A stretch of 64,000 nt of DNA, from NCBI GenBank assembly GCA_905612315.1, contig CAJQSL010000019.1, positions 1,198 to 65,197 on the forward strand. Reading direction: 5' to 3'. The DNA is from an uncultured Francisellaceae bacterium. GTDB taxonomy: Bacteria > Pseudomonadota > Gammaproteobacteria > Francisellales > CACEW01. Under the pieces are notes generated by a model. That model worked only from the letters and a program-made list of their open reading frames with translations. It did not search any database and was not told where the DNA came from. Both the position numbers and the translations under genes were made by a program. Shown here in pieces: positions 33,439 to 43,000 of the stretch (position 1 is the first letter of the stretch; each line of letters begins with the position of its first letter).

Positions 33439-34251
33439 CTAATCCATTCTAGCTAAATCTTCTGTTTCTTGCCCATATTCTTGCTCATCTTCTTTTAATC
33501 CGCCAAAACGCCTTTGCCTAGATGCATAATAATCAAATGCTAATGCAACCTGCTCTTTGTTAAAATCTGGGAATAATACTTTGGAAAAATATAACTCAGC
33601 ATAAGCTATCTGCCATAACATAAAATTACTGACTCTACCTTCGCCACTAGTGCGTATTAATAAATCCACATCTGAACCTAAAGCTTGCATATGAGATGAG
33701 AATATATCTTGATCTAAATTATCTATTTGCTCTTGACTTATCTCGCCTGCCAAAACCTTTTGCATTAAAGATTTGGTGGCCTCTAGAATATCCCACCTGC
33801 CACCATAATTTAAACAAATCTGTAGTGTCATCGCATCGTTTTGAGACGTTAAATCCTCGGCATGATTGATCATTTTTTGTAGCTTTTTAGGTAATCTGGT
33901 TAAATCACCCGTAAATTTAACCCTAACTCTTCTTTCATGCAAACTATCAATTTCATCAGAAATTGCATGCTGACATAAAAGCATTAATGAGTTAACTTCA
34001 ACTTCAGGTCTAGACCAGTTTTCAGTACTAAAAGCAAATAAACTTAAAGTTTGAACACCGTATTTATAAGACTCTTCAACTAAAGCTTTAACTACTTTAA
34101 CCGCAGATCTATGCCCCATAATACGGGATTTACCCCTTTTTTTAGCCCAGCGGCCGTTGCCATCCATAATAACGGCTACGTGCTTAGGAGCATCAAATAA
34201 TATTTCAGAAGTTGGCGACTCTGCGCTAAATGGTTTTTTCATTTTAGACAT
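33439..34251 (-). CDS. uppS: Undecaprenyl diphosphate synthase
   Basis: HVAVIMDGNGRWA, FSTENW, RTSGEGRVSNF. Confidence 0.97.
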   Translation of the reverse strand: MSKMKKPFSAESPTSEILFDAPKHVAVIMDGNGRWAKKRGKSRIMGHRSAVKVVKALVEESYKYGVQTLSLFAFSTENWSRPEVEVNSLMLLCQHAISDEIDSLHERRVRVKFTGDLTRLPKKLQKMINHAEDLTSQNDAMTLQICLNYGGRWDILEATKSLMQKVLAGEISQEQIDNLDQDIFSSHMQALGSDVDLLIRTSGEGRVSNFMLWQIAYAELYFSKVLFPDFNKEQVALAFDYYASRQRRFGGLKEDEQEYGQETEDLARMD

Positions 34252-34261
34252 AAAATTCCCA

Positions 34262-34819
34262 CTAAAAGCTCATTAATTCTTTTTCCTTTACTTGAACCAA
34301 TACTTCTATTCGACTAATAGCATCATCAGTCATTTTTTGAGCTTTTTGCTCAAATTTACGCAAATCATCTTCTGTTAAGTCGCCATCTTTTTCCATAGTC
34401 TTAAGACGGGTGTTAGCATCCCTCCTTGCGTTACGAGCAGACACTCTGGCACTCTCAGCTTCATGTCGCACGATTTTAATCATATCTTTGCGGCGCTCTT
34501 CAGTCAAGGCAGGCAAAGGAATCCTTATATTATTTCCGCTAGTAGCAGGATTTAAACCTAAACCAGAAGACATAATAGCTTTTTCAACAGCTGCGACCAT
34601 GTCTTTTTCCCAAGGGACAACAGATAAAGTTCTAGCATCAGATACAGATACTGTAGCCACCTGACTAATAGGAGTTTCGTTTCCATAATAAGACACAGTG
34701 ATATGCTCAATTAAACTTGGATGCGCCCTGCCAGTTCGAATTTTGGCTAATGAATTTTCTAATGCACCAACCGCCTTTGACATTCTATCATCTACTTCAC
34801 GAAATAATTGATCAGTCAT
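34262..34819 (-). CDS. frr: Ribosome recycling factor
   Basis: IRTGRAHP, LGLNP, PALTEERRK. Confidence 0.98.
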   Translation of the reverse strand: MTDQLFREVDDRMSKAVGALENSLAKIRTGRAHPSLIEHITVSYYGNETPISQVATVSVSDARTLSVVPWEKDMVAAVEKAIMSSGLGLNPATSGNNIRIPLPALTEERRKDMIKIVRHEAESARVSARNARRDANTRLKTMEKDGDLTEDDLRKFEQKAQKMTDDAISRIEVLVQVKEKELMSF

Positions 34820-34858
34820 AATAAACACCCTGCCTTATTATTTGTTATCTCTTATTGA

Positions 34859-35749
34859 TTACTTCTTGCCGAAAGCTTGTTCCATAACCTCTTTAGCAAA
34901 GTCACCTTCTTCTTTTTCAATGCCTTCGCCAACAACAAACTTCTCAAACTTAACTACTTTAGCCTTAGCTTGATCTAGAACCTTTCCAACTTTAGTGCTT
35001 GGATCTTTAATAAAAGCCTGGCCAACTAAACTTTGCTCATTCAAGAATTTAGAAATTCGCCCTTGTACCATTTTTTCGATAATATCATCAGGCTTGCCAC
35101 TTTCTTTAGCTTGCGCAACAAAAATATCTTTTTCTTTATTTACTAAATCTTGTGGAACTTCACTTGGATCTATCACAAGAGGAGAGCTTGCTGCAACATG
35201 CATTGCCATATCTCTTGCAATATTTTCATCGCCACCTTCTAATTTAACCAACACCCCAATCTTAGCTTGATGCACATAGTTTGCAACAAACTGATCAGAA
35301 CCATCACAACTAAACAAAGCCACTCGCCTGCAATGAATATTCTCACCTAACTTTGCAACTAGATCTACTCTAAATTGATCCACGCCCTGCCCGTTAGATA
35401 ACGCCTGCTCGCCTAATTTAGCTAAATCAGACACGTTATTTGCAAGCGCAACTTCGGCAACCTCATTAACAAATGCTACAAAACTTGCATCTCTTGCTAC
35501 AAAATCAGTTTGGCTGTTTACTTCAAGTAAAACTGCAGACTTACCATCAGAGCTTGTTTTTACAACTACAATGCCATCACCTGTAACTTTAGCGGCTTTC
35601 TTATCAGCAGAAGATTGACTTTTGGTTCGTAAAATTTCAACTGCTTTTTCCATATCTCCATCTGCTTCAACTAACGCTTTTTTACAGTCCATCATTTTGG
35701 CAGTAGTTCTGTCTCGTAATTCTTTAACTTGTTGTGCCGAAATACTCAT
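34859..35749 (-). CDS. tsf: Elongation factor Ts
   Basis: VKELR, MMDCKKAL, NSQTDFVA, AMHVAA. Confidence 0.99.
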   Translation of the reverse strand: MSISAQQVKELRDRTTAKMMDCKKALVEADGDMEKAVEILRTKSQSSADKKAAKVTGDGIVVVKTSSDGKSAVLLEVNSQTDFVARDASFVAFVNEVAEVALANNVSDLAKLGEQALSNGQGVDQFRVDLVAKLGENIHCRRVALFSCDGSDQFVANYVHQAKIGVLVKLEGGDENIARDMAMHVAASSPLVIDPSEVPQDLVNKEKDIFVAQAKESGKPDDIIEKMVQGRISKFLNEQSLVGQAFIKDPSTKVGKVLDQAKAKVVKFEKFVVGEGIEKEEGDFAKEVMEQAFGKK

Positions 35750-35775
35750 ATTTTTTTATCCTTTTAAAAATTAAA

Positions 35776-36657
35776 TTAACTATCTTTTTTATCAGCTTTT
35801 TTATCAGCTTTTTGCTCAAGATCGTCAGATTTTTTAGAAGCAGGCTTGGCTTCTGCTTTTTCTGCTTTTTCCTCAGGCTTAGCGGCAGGCTTGGCTTCTG
35901 CTTTTTCTGCTTTTTTATCAGCTTTTTTAGCAGGTTTTGTTTCTTTTAGCTCATAACCAACAGACTCAGCTTGCGCTGCAACTTTAGCATCTAAAATGGC
36001 ATCAACAATACCACCCAAATAACATCTGATCGCTCTTTTGGCATCATCATTCGCTGGGATAATATAATCAACATCATCAGGATCACTATTAGTATCCACT
36101 ATGCCAATAACAGGAATTCCAAGTTTTTTGGCTTCTTCAATAGCAATACGCTCTTTATCTGAGTCAACTACTAATAATACATCTGGCAACCCGCCCATGA
36201 ACTTAATACCACCAAGACAAAGTTCAAGTTTGTTCATCTCACGAGTACGCATCAAACCTTCTTTTTTAGTTAATCGCTCGAAAGCACCGTCTTCTTTCAT
36301 CTTTTCTAGTTCTTTTAAACGCTTGATAGACTTTCTAACTGTTTTGTAATTAGTTAACATGCCGCCTAACCAACGATGATTAACATATGGCATGTTACAT
36401 CTCTTAGCCTCTTCAGCAACAATCTCTTGCGCTGCACGCTTTGTGCCTACAAATAAAACTTTACCGCCTTTTTTAGCAGCTGCTTTAGATACAAAATTAA
36501 CTGCATCTTGGTATAATCTAAAAGTTTTATCTAAATTTATGATATGAATTTTATTACGCTTTCCAAAGATATATGGTTTCATCTTTGGGTTCCAGTAACG
36601 AGTTTTGTGACCGAAATGGGCACCGGCTTTGAATAGATCTTCTAAAACAACAGGCAT
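35776..36657 (-). CDS. rpsB: 30S ribosomal protein S2 with Lys/Ala/Glu repeat tail
   Basis: [28 protein letters not shown]. Confidence 0.99.
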   Translation of the reverse strand: MPVVLEDLFKAGAHFGHKTRYWNPKMKPYIFGKRNKIHIINLDKTFRLYQDAVNFVSKAAAKKGGKVLFVGTKRAAQEIVAEEAKRCNMPYVNHRWLGGMLTNYKTVRKSIKRLKELEKMKEDGAFERLTKKEGLMRTREMNKLELCLGGIKFMGGLPDVLLVVDSDKERIAIEEAKKLGIPVIGIVDTNSDPDDVDYIIPANDDAKRAIRCYLGGIVDAILDAKVAAQAESVGYELKETKPAKKADKKAEKAEAKPAAKPEEKAEKAEAKPASKKSDDLEQKADKKADKKDS

Positions 36658-36832
36658 AATTATCTCCTAAGTTGGGTTGTTCACTGCAATATTAATTTGA
36701 ATTACCAATCTGATATAAAGCAAGCTTAAAACTTGTTTAACTCAGGCACCCAGTAAGTCATATAATCAATATTGGATTAATATAATTTGAATTTCGCATA
36801 ATATATATGCCAATTCAGGCGTGAGTATAGCA
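36658..36832 (-). promoter_or_regulatory. rpsB 5' leader (t44/S2-leader-like) with extended -10 promoter
   Basis: TGCTATACT at 36832-36824; leader has GGGTGCC and CAACCCAAC before the SD, like gammaproteobacterial rpsB leaders. Confidence 0.55.
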
Positions 36833-36901
36833 AAAAGCTCTGCCGGTGCCTAGGGGTTTCTAATCTGAACTTTTAATCTAACTTTTTATAAGATTTATTG
36901 G

Positions 36902-36958
36902 TTTTTCTCCCTTAAAGGGCGAAAAGTACAGTATTTTTTGCCCTTTAAGGGAGAAAAA
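36902..36958. terminator. Long inverted repeat, probable terminator after pyrE
   Basis: TTTTTCTCCCTTAAAGGGC...GCCCTTTAAGGGAGAAAAA, perfect 19-bp arms. Confidence 0.65.
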
Positions 36959-36976
36959 TACGTTTTTTTGGTGATT

Positions 36977-37696
36977 TTACAACTTAACCTTCTCAAGATT
37001 ATGAGAAGATAACTCAAGCTCAACAGCTTTAGCCAAAATACCGAGCTCACCTTTGTGCTTCTCACCTTTATCCTTTTGTAATTTAGCAAAAACTTTTGGT
37101 AATAACTGAACCGCATTAGATAAACTAAAAAACGGTACACCATGCCCTTTTAATACATCGGCAACGCTTTTATTATCATATCTTTTAGATCTTCTGTCAG
37201 TTAGGCTAATTGCGGCTATAACTTTTATTCCCAAGCCTTTATTTAATAAGTAATCTAACGCCTCAAATAAAGATATCCCTGATGTAGTCACATCTTCGAC
37301 CAAAATAACATTACCAACAGGTGCTCCTACAAAGTATTTGTCCGCAGGGTCTCCATGATCTTTGGGAGATTTTCGAATCATGGGTAAACTATAAGCTTTA
37401 GACTTATCAGAAAAACCAGGTTGAGACTTAGCCCACTTAAATTGAGCTAAAACCCCAAGCTTAGTCGCACCTTCTGGAACCCCCAAAATGCAATCTGGCT
37501 TTAAACCTTTATCCTTAATAAACTCAATAACAAAATCTGTAATTTTATCCATTAAATACGCATCTGAGGTGGGAGTTCTCCAATTTACATACCAATTAGA
37601 CTTTTGCCCAGATTTTAAAATCACAGGATTATCAAAAAAGCCTATAACATTATTTTCTATAATAAAATCTGCAAACTTTTCTTTATCAAAACTCAT
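36977..37696 (-). CDS. pyrE: Orotate phosphoribosyltransferase-like PRTase (divergent)
   Basis: LKSGQKS, RKSPKDHG flexible loop, PRPP motif ILVEDVTTSG; AGGAG before ATG 37696. Confidence 0.8.
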   Translation of the reverse strand: MSFDKEKFADFIIENNVIGFFDNPVILKSGQKSNWYVNWRTPTSDAYLMDKITDFVIEFIKDKGLKPDCILGVPEGATKLGVLAQFKWAKSQPGFSDKSKAYSLPMIRKSPKDHGDPADKYFVGAPVGNVILVEDVTTSGISLFEALDYLLNKGLGIKVIAAISLTDRRSKRYDNKSVADVLKGHGVPFFSLSNAVQLLPKVFAKLQKDKGEKHKGELGILAKAVELELSSHNLEKVKL

Positions 37697-37733
37697 TTTT
37701 AAACTCCTAAATAAAATCCATAAATAAAACAAA

Positions 37734-39242
37734 TCAAGTTGAACCACCAACTGTAATCTTATCTAATTTCAAAGATGGCTGCCCCACGCCAACCGGAACA
37801 CTTTGACCATCCTTACCACAGATTCCAACTCCACTATCGAGCTTTAGATCATTTGCGACCATTGAAATTTCTTTTAAGGCACTTGGGCCATTGCCAATTA
37901 AAGTAGCACCTTTTATTGGTGCACCGATTTTACCATTTTCAACCATATAGCCTTCGGATACTACAAACACAAACTTTCCAGAAGTAATATCAACTTGGCC
38001 GCCGCCAAAATTAACCGCATAAATACCTTTATCAATGGTTTTGATAAGTTCAGCTGGATCATACTTTCCATTTAACATATAAGTATTAGTCATTCGAGTC
38101 ATAGGTGTGTGAGCATATGACTCACGCCTGCCATTTCCTGTGGGCGCCTCACCCATTAATCTTGCACTCTGGCGATCCTTCATGACATTAACTAATTTGC
38201 CATTTTCAATTAAAACTGTATTTTCAGTTTTAGTTCCTTCATCATCAATACTCAAAGAACCACGCCTTTTTGCAACTGTACCATCATCAACAATTGTACA
38301 TTGCTCAGATGCGACCATCTTACCCATTTGCGAGCAAAAGCTTGAGGTGCCTTTTCGAATAAAATCTCCCTCTAAACCATGCCCTATAGCCTCATGCAAT
38401 AAAACTCCAGGCCAACCTGGACCTAAAACTATCGGCATTTCACCAGCTGGCGCACCGATAGACTCCAAGTTGACCAAAACTATCCTTACGGCTTCATCCG
38501 CATATTGTTTCCATTTTTCTTCTTTAACAAAATAATCATAACTACTGCGCTCACCCCCACCAGAAAAACCTGACTCTTTTCTATCTCCAGATTTTGCAAT
38601 CACACTAATATTTAATCTAACCAATGGCCTTACATCAAACCCTATATTTCCATCAAGACGCAAAACACAAATATGTTCATAGCTTGAAGCTAAGCTAATA
38701 TTAACTTCTATAATTTTTGGATCTTTTTTTCTTACATAAGCATTTATCTTCTCTAATAATTCTACTTTTTGAGAATCAGATAAGGTTACAGGATTATCTC
38801 CAGTATAAAGCTGTGGAAATTCTATAATATTTTTTTTATCAAAATTAGTTATTATGATTGTGTCACTTTTTGATATATCACTTTCAAGCTTAACTATGCC
38901 ACTTTTACCAACATTGGCAATGCCTGATGAAGTTTCAACTGCTTTATCTAAAGCCGCAAGATTTATAACATCAGAATAAGCAAATCCTGTTTGCTCACCT
39001 ATCATAGCTCTTACACCCAAACCACAGTCTATATTAAAACTGGTTTGCTTCATCTTGTTATCTTCAAAACTCCAAGACTCAGAAACCTCTTTTTGAAAAT
39101 ATAAATCAGCGTCATCTAACTTATTATTACCATATTTGTAAAACTTATTTAAAGCTGAATATATATCATCCAAGCTTAAACCAGATGGATCTAATAAATT
39201 TATTTTAACTTGTTTATCATTTGTAAGATCTAATGACCCCAT
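37734..39242 (-). CDS. tldD: Metalloprotease TldD
   Basis: GWPGVLLHEAIGHGLEGDF, RMTNTYM, CGKDGQSVPVGVGQP. Confidence 0.98.
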   Translation of the reverse strand: MGSLDLTNDKQVKINLLDPSGLSLDDIYSALNKFYKYGNNKLDDADLYFQKEVSESWSFEDNKMKQTSFNIDCGLGVRAMIGEQTGFAYSDVINLAALDKAVETSSGIANVGKSGIVKLESDISKSDTIIITNFDKKNIIEFPQLYTGDNPVTLSDSQKVELLEKINAYVRKKDPKIIEVNISLASSYEHICVLRLDGNIGFDVRPLVRLNISVIAKSGDRKESGFSGGGERSSYDYFVKEEKWKQYADEAVRIVLVNLESIGAPAGEMPIVLGPGWPGVLLHEAIGHGLEGDFIRKGTSSFCSQMGKMVASEQCTIVDDGTVAKRRGSLSIDDEGTKTENTVLIENGKLVNVMKDRQSARLMGEAPTGNGRRESYAHTPMTRMTNTYMLNGKYDPAELIKTIDKGIYAVNFGGGQVDITSGKFVFVVSEGYMVENGKIGAPIKGATLIGNGPSALKEISMVANDLKLDSGVGICGKDGQSVPVGVGQPSLKLDKITVGGST

Positions 39243-39264
39243 GAATATAATTTCCTTAATATTT

Positions 39265-40086
39265 TTATTTTTTAACAGCTATTTTCCGATGACTCCAAAC
39301 AGGGAAATCTTCCCTAAGTACCGCCAAATAGTTTAAATCAATTTCCGCGATAACAACACCAATTCCAACATTTTGCGATGCTAAAACTTTTCCCCATGGG
39401 TCAATGATCATGCTTTCTCCATGAGTTAACCTGCCATTATCATGTTCCCCTACTTGATTAGATGCTATTACATAACATTGATTTTCAATGGCTCTTGCTT
39501 TAAGTAGTGGCCGCCAATGCACTCGACCTGTTGTTTGTAAAAAAGCTGCAGCATTAATTAAAATATCAGCACCTTGCTCTCTTAAGTTCCTATATAATTC
39601 AGGAAATCTTAAATCATAACATATAGTTATCCCAAGTTTTCCAAAAGGCGAGTCAATACAAACAGGATCATTGCCAGACATATAACTAGCAGATTCCTGG
39701 TGAGACAACCCACTAACAGGCATATCTATATCAAATAAATGCATTTTATGATAAAAACCAACTGGCTCACCCTTATCATTCCATACAATGCAACTTGCAT
39801 AAACTTTATCAGGCAAATGGGTTTTAATAGGTATTGTGCCACCTACAATCCATACTCCATTTATCTTAGCAAACTCAGATAAAAAGTTTTGAATTCTGCC
39901 TGCACCAAGATCTTCGGAAATTAAAAACAAATCCTCTTTATTTTTAGGATAAAGCGCAAAACACTCTGGTAAAACAATTAAATCTGCTCCAGACTCCACC
40001 GCTCTTGTTAATAATTTTTTAGCCAGTATTAGGTTAGATCCGACATTTCCACAAGATGTCATTTGTATTGCTGCAACTGAAAACAT
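39265..40086 (-). CDS. Carbon-nitrogen hydrolase (Nit1/deaminated glutathione amidase family)
   Basis: LPE, KMHLFD, ICYDLRFPE, ARAIENQ; between yhdP and tldD. Confidence 0.93.
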   Translation of the reverse strand: MFSVAAIQMTSCGNVGSNLILAKKLLTRAVESGADLIVLPECFALYPKNKEDLFLISEDLGAGRIQNFLSEFAKINGVWIVGGTIPIKTHLPDKVYASCIVWNDKGEPVGFYHKMHLFDIDMPVSGLSHQESASYMSGNDPVCIDSPFGKLGITICYDLRFPELYRNLREQGADILINAAAFLQTTGRVHWRPLLKARAIENQCYVIASNQVGEHDNGRLTHGESMIIDPWGKVLASQNVGIGVVIAEIDLNYLAVLREDFPVWSHRKIAVKK

Positions 40087-43000
40087 TTATACTTCCTCTA
40101 ACTTAGGATTACTCCAAGGACCGATGTAATGATATTTAGCACCTTTTCCTTTCAATACTGTGTGTGACAAAATTTGCTCTCCCAATAAAGTAGTTAAGCC
40201 AATAATTGGCCCTCCTAATAACCCCGCCGCTAAGGCAAGACCTCCACCAACTTTTGGCATAACCGTAATAGTTTGATTAAGAGTTTTATTGACTAAATCA
40301 ACCTCACCTTTCATATCAAAACTCAAAGCAGGCCCTGACATTTTAACATTATTGGTGCTAGCTATCCCTTGTTTAAGATTAAAGTCTCCACTAAAGCTAT
40401 CAAAAGCCACTCCCTTACCCGTAAGATCCGAAAAATTCAAAGACAAACGTCTTACAATAGTATCTAGACTCATCAATCCCAGCAACCTACCAAGGCCCAT
40501 ATTAACTTTATCAAGCACACCATCTTTCACAGAAAAACTTGCTTTACCATCTAATGTACTGACCTTAGGTTCTGTCAAAAAACCATTCCAAGCTAAATTA
40601 AAATTAGTACTACCCTTGCCTTTACTCAAGCCCTTAGGTAAATACAATTGATGCAACAACTCTCCCCAGTCATTACTGGTTAATTCTCCGGTAATATGAC
40701 TTACTTGCTTATTATTTAACCACTGACTTGATGCTGCGCCTGATATAGAAAAAAGCTTATTGTTTATTTTCAGACTTGGTATAAACAGGCTTGAACCCAA
40801 GCGCCGCAACCTAAATTTAAGCAGCCCTAGGTCATTATCTTGAAGTTTAAAGTGCTCAACTGTTACATTTAAATTAGGGGATCTATCAAATACTGTTTCA
40901 TCATCTGTTTTCCCCTCACTATCTTGTTTCTTAACTACTTTGGCTGCTTGTTTGGCTGCTTGTTTGTTTATTGTTTTGTTTATTGTTTTACTTGTTTTTT
41001 GGTTTGTTTTTTGGTTTGTATTTTTAGGATCTTCTTTTGAGCTGGGTAGGTTGCTTTGATTAAACTTAGATAACATACTAGATGGTATTGTAACTCGCAA
41101 ATTATCAAACCTTGCATCAATAGCTTTAAACCCAATAATATCTGTAATCCTAGAAATATAAATATTTCCATTTAAAGTATCATACTTATCATACAAGCGT
41201 AATAAGACAAAGTTCTGATTTAAAAAGGCATTTACAGATACTTCCTTCCAATTTTGACTGGTAAAGTTTAAGTGATTTATAAGCACATTTATCAAAACAT
41301 CAGGACCTTCTAAAGCATGAAAGTCCGATGTGTGAAAATATTGCCACTGTTGATCTTTTGTAGATGATGTTCCTTCTGTTTTATAGCGTTTAGTTAACCA
41401 ATCAGCCCACTTAGTCTCGGAAAAATAGGGTAAACTACCAGTTGCTTTTATCAATCCTTTAGTTATTTTATCTTCTGTTTTATTACCTAATTTATTACCT
41501 AATTTATTATCTAAATTCACCCCAAAGTTTATAAAACCTGCCAAACTCTTTTTAATATTATATTCTTGCCAATTAAATCCAGCATCTAAGAAATTATCAA
41601 TACTAAAATCAAATTTAACCTCACCAGCTTTATTTATATAATTTGCAGATAAATTACGGTCAGTCAAAACCGATTGATAAAATGGCGCTGGTAATTTTAA
41701 CTCCAAACCTTTTAAATCTGACATAAGGTGTGCATCAAAAAAACCTTTATCAAAAGTTGCATTAAATATAACTGGCAACAAGCCATGCACATCATTTTTG
41801 TCAAATTTTAATAACGAAAAGTTAGCCGCCCACTTATCAACATCTAATAGGGCTTGAAGATGGAGATAATTTTGAATCTTATTATCCTCCTTATTATACT
41901 TAGGCCCTATCTGGACATGAACAGGCAAACCAAACAAATTACCAATGATAATATTAGGAGTTTTTAGTAAGTTATTATTATAATCAATTTCCCCAGTGAC
42001 ATTTTTAAAGGGCAAATTGAATTTAAATAAGCTCACAGTATTATCTTTAAAACCAACTTTGCCAAAATATCGCATCAAATTAATATGCTTTTTAGATAAA
42101 GGGGCACTTAAATTCAAATCAACTTTAACTAACCCATTGATTGATAATGTATCAAATATACCAGAAAAATTTTTCTTCAATGGCGTGTTATTAATAAAAT
42201 TTATAACATCTGAACCTTCTCCTTGCAAAGAACCAATGCCATCTATCCAATGCATTTGGTGCCCATGCATATGTGGGATCATAACCATAAGATCTTTAGT
42301 GTGAACACTCATCGTCTTAGCACTATTTACCACAGCCTTAAACTGGTCATGATAAAAGTCTAAATACCCATATAAATTAGTAACAAGCGGCCAGGTACTC
42401 CAAGGCTTGAGTTTAGAATTAGCCAGCATAACTCTAACATCAAATGATCCGGCATTATCTAAATAAGGATAATCTCCAATTTTACCAAGCCATATCATTC
42501 TTGCTGTAACCTTTGGAACCTCAACAATTCCTTGCGTTAGCCAATTCAAAGCTCCAGTGGAGATATTATGTGGCAAAAGATATGGCACTATTGATGCAAC
42601 ATTTTGTCCTTTTGCATTTGCTATTAGAGAAACCCTTGTATTATGCACATCATAATTTCCATCTAAAGACTTTGGAACATGTACATTTCCACTTAATTTT
42701 GTGAACAGCTCTTTTTTTGCACTATTTAGCGTACTTGGCAAAGAGTTATAAAAATTAATTTCTGGTGTTTTAAAAACCAGACTTGAGCGAGTATTTCTCC
42801 AAAACACTCTGCCACTAGCATTTGCATTAGGCCAGCCTAACGGAAACAATTTTTGCTCTGGAAGTTTAATTGAGTTAGCATCAAAAACGACTGCCCCACC
42901 TTTTTTATCAAGCTTAAGCTTCCCATTTAGAGATCCAACCCCAGGAACAAAGTTAAAAGCACCAAAAGAGAGATTATCTAGACTCAATGCCATATTATAA

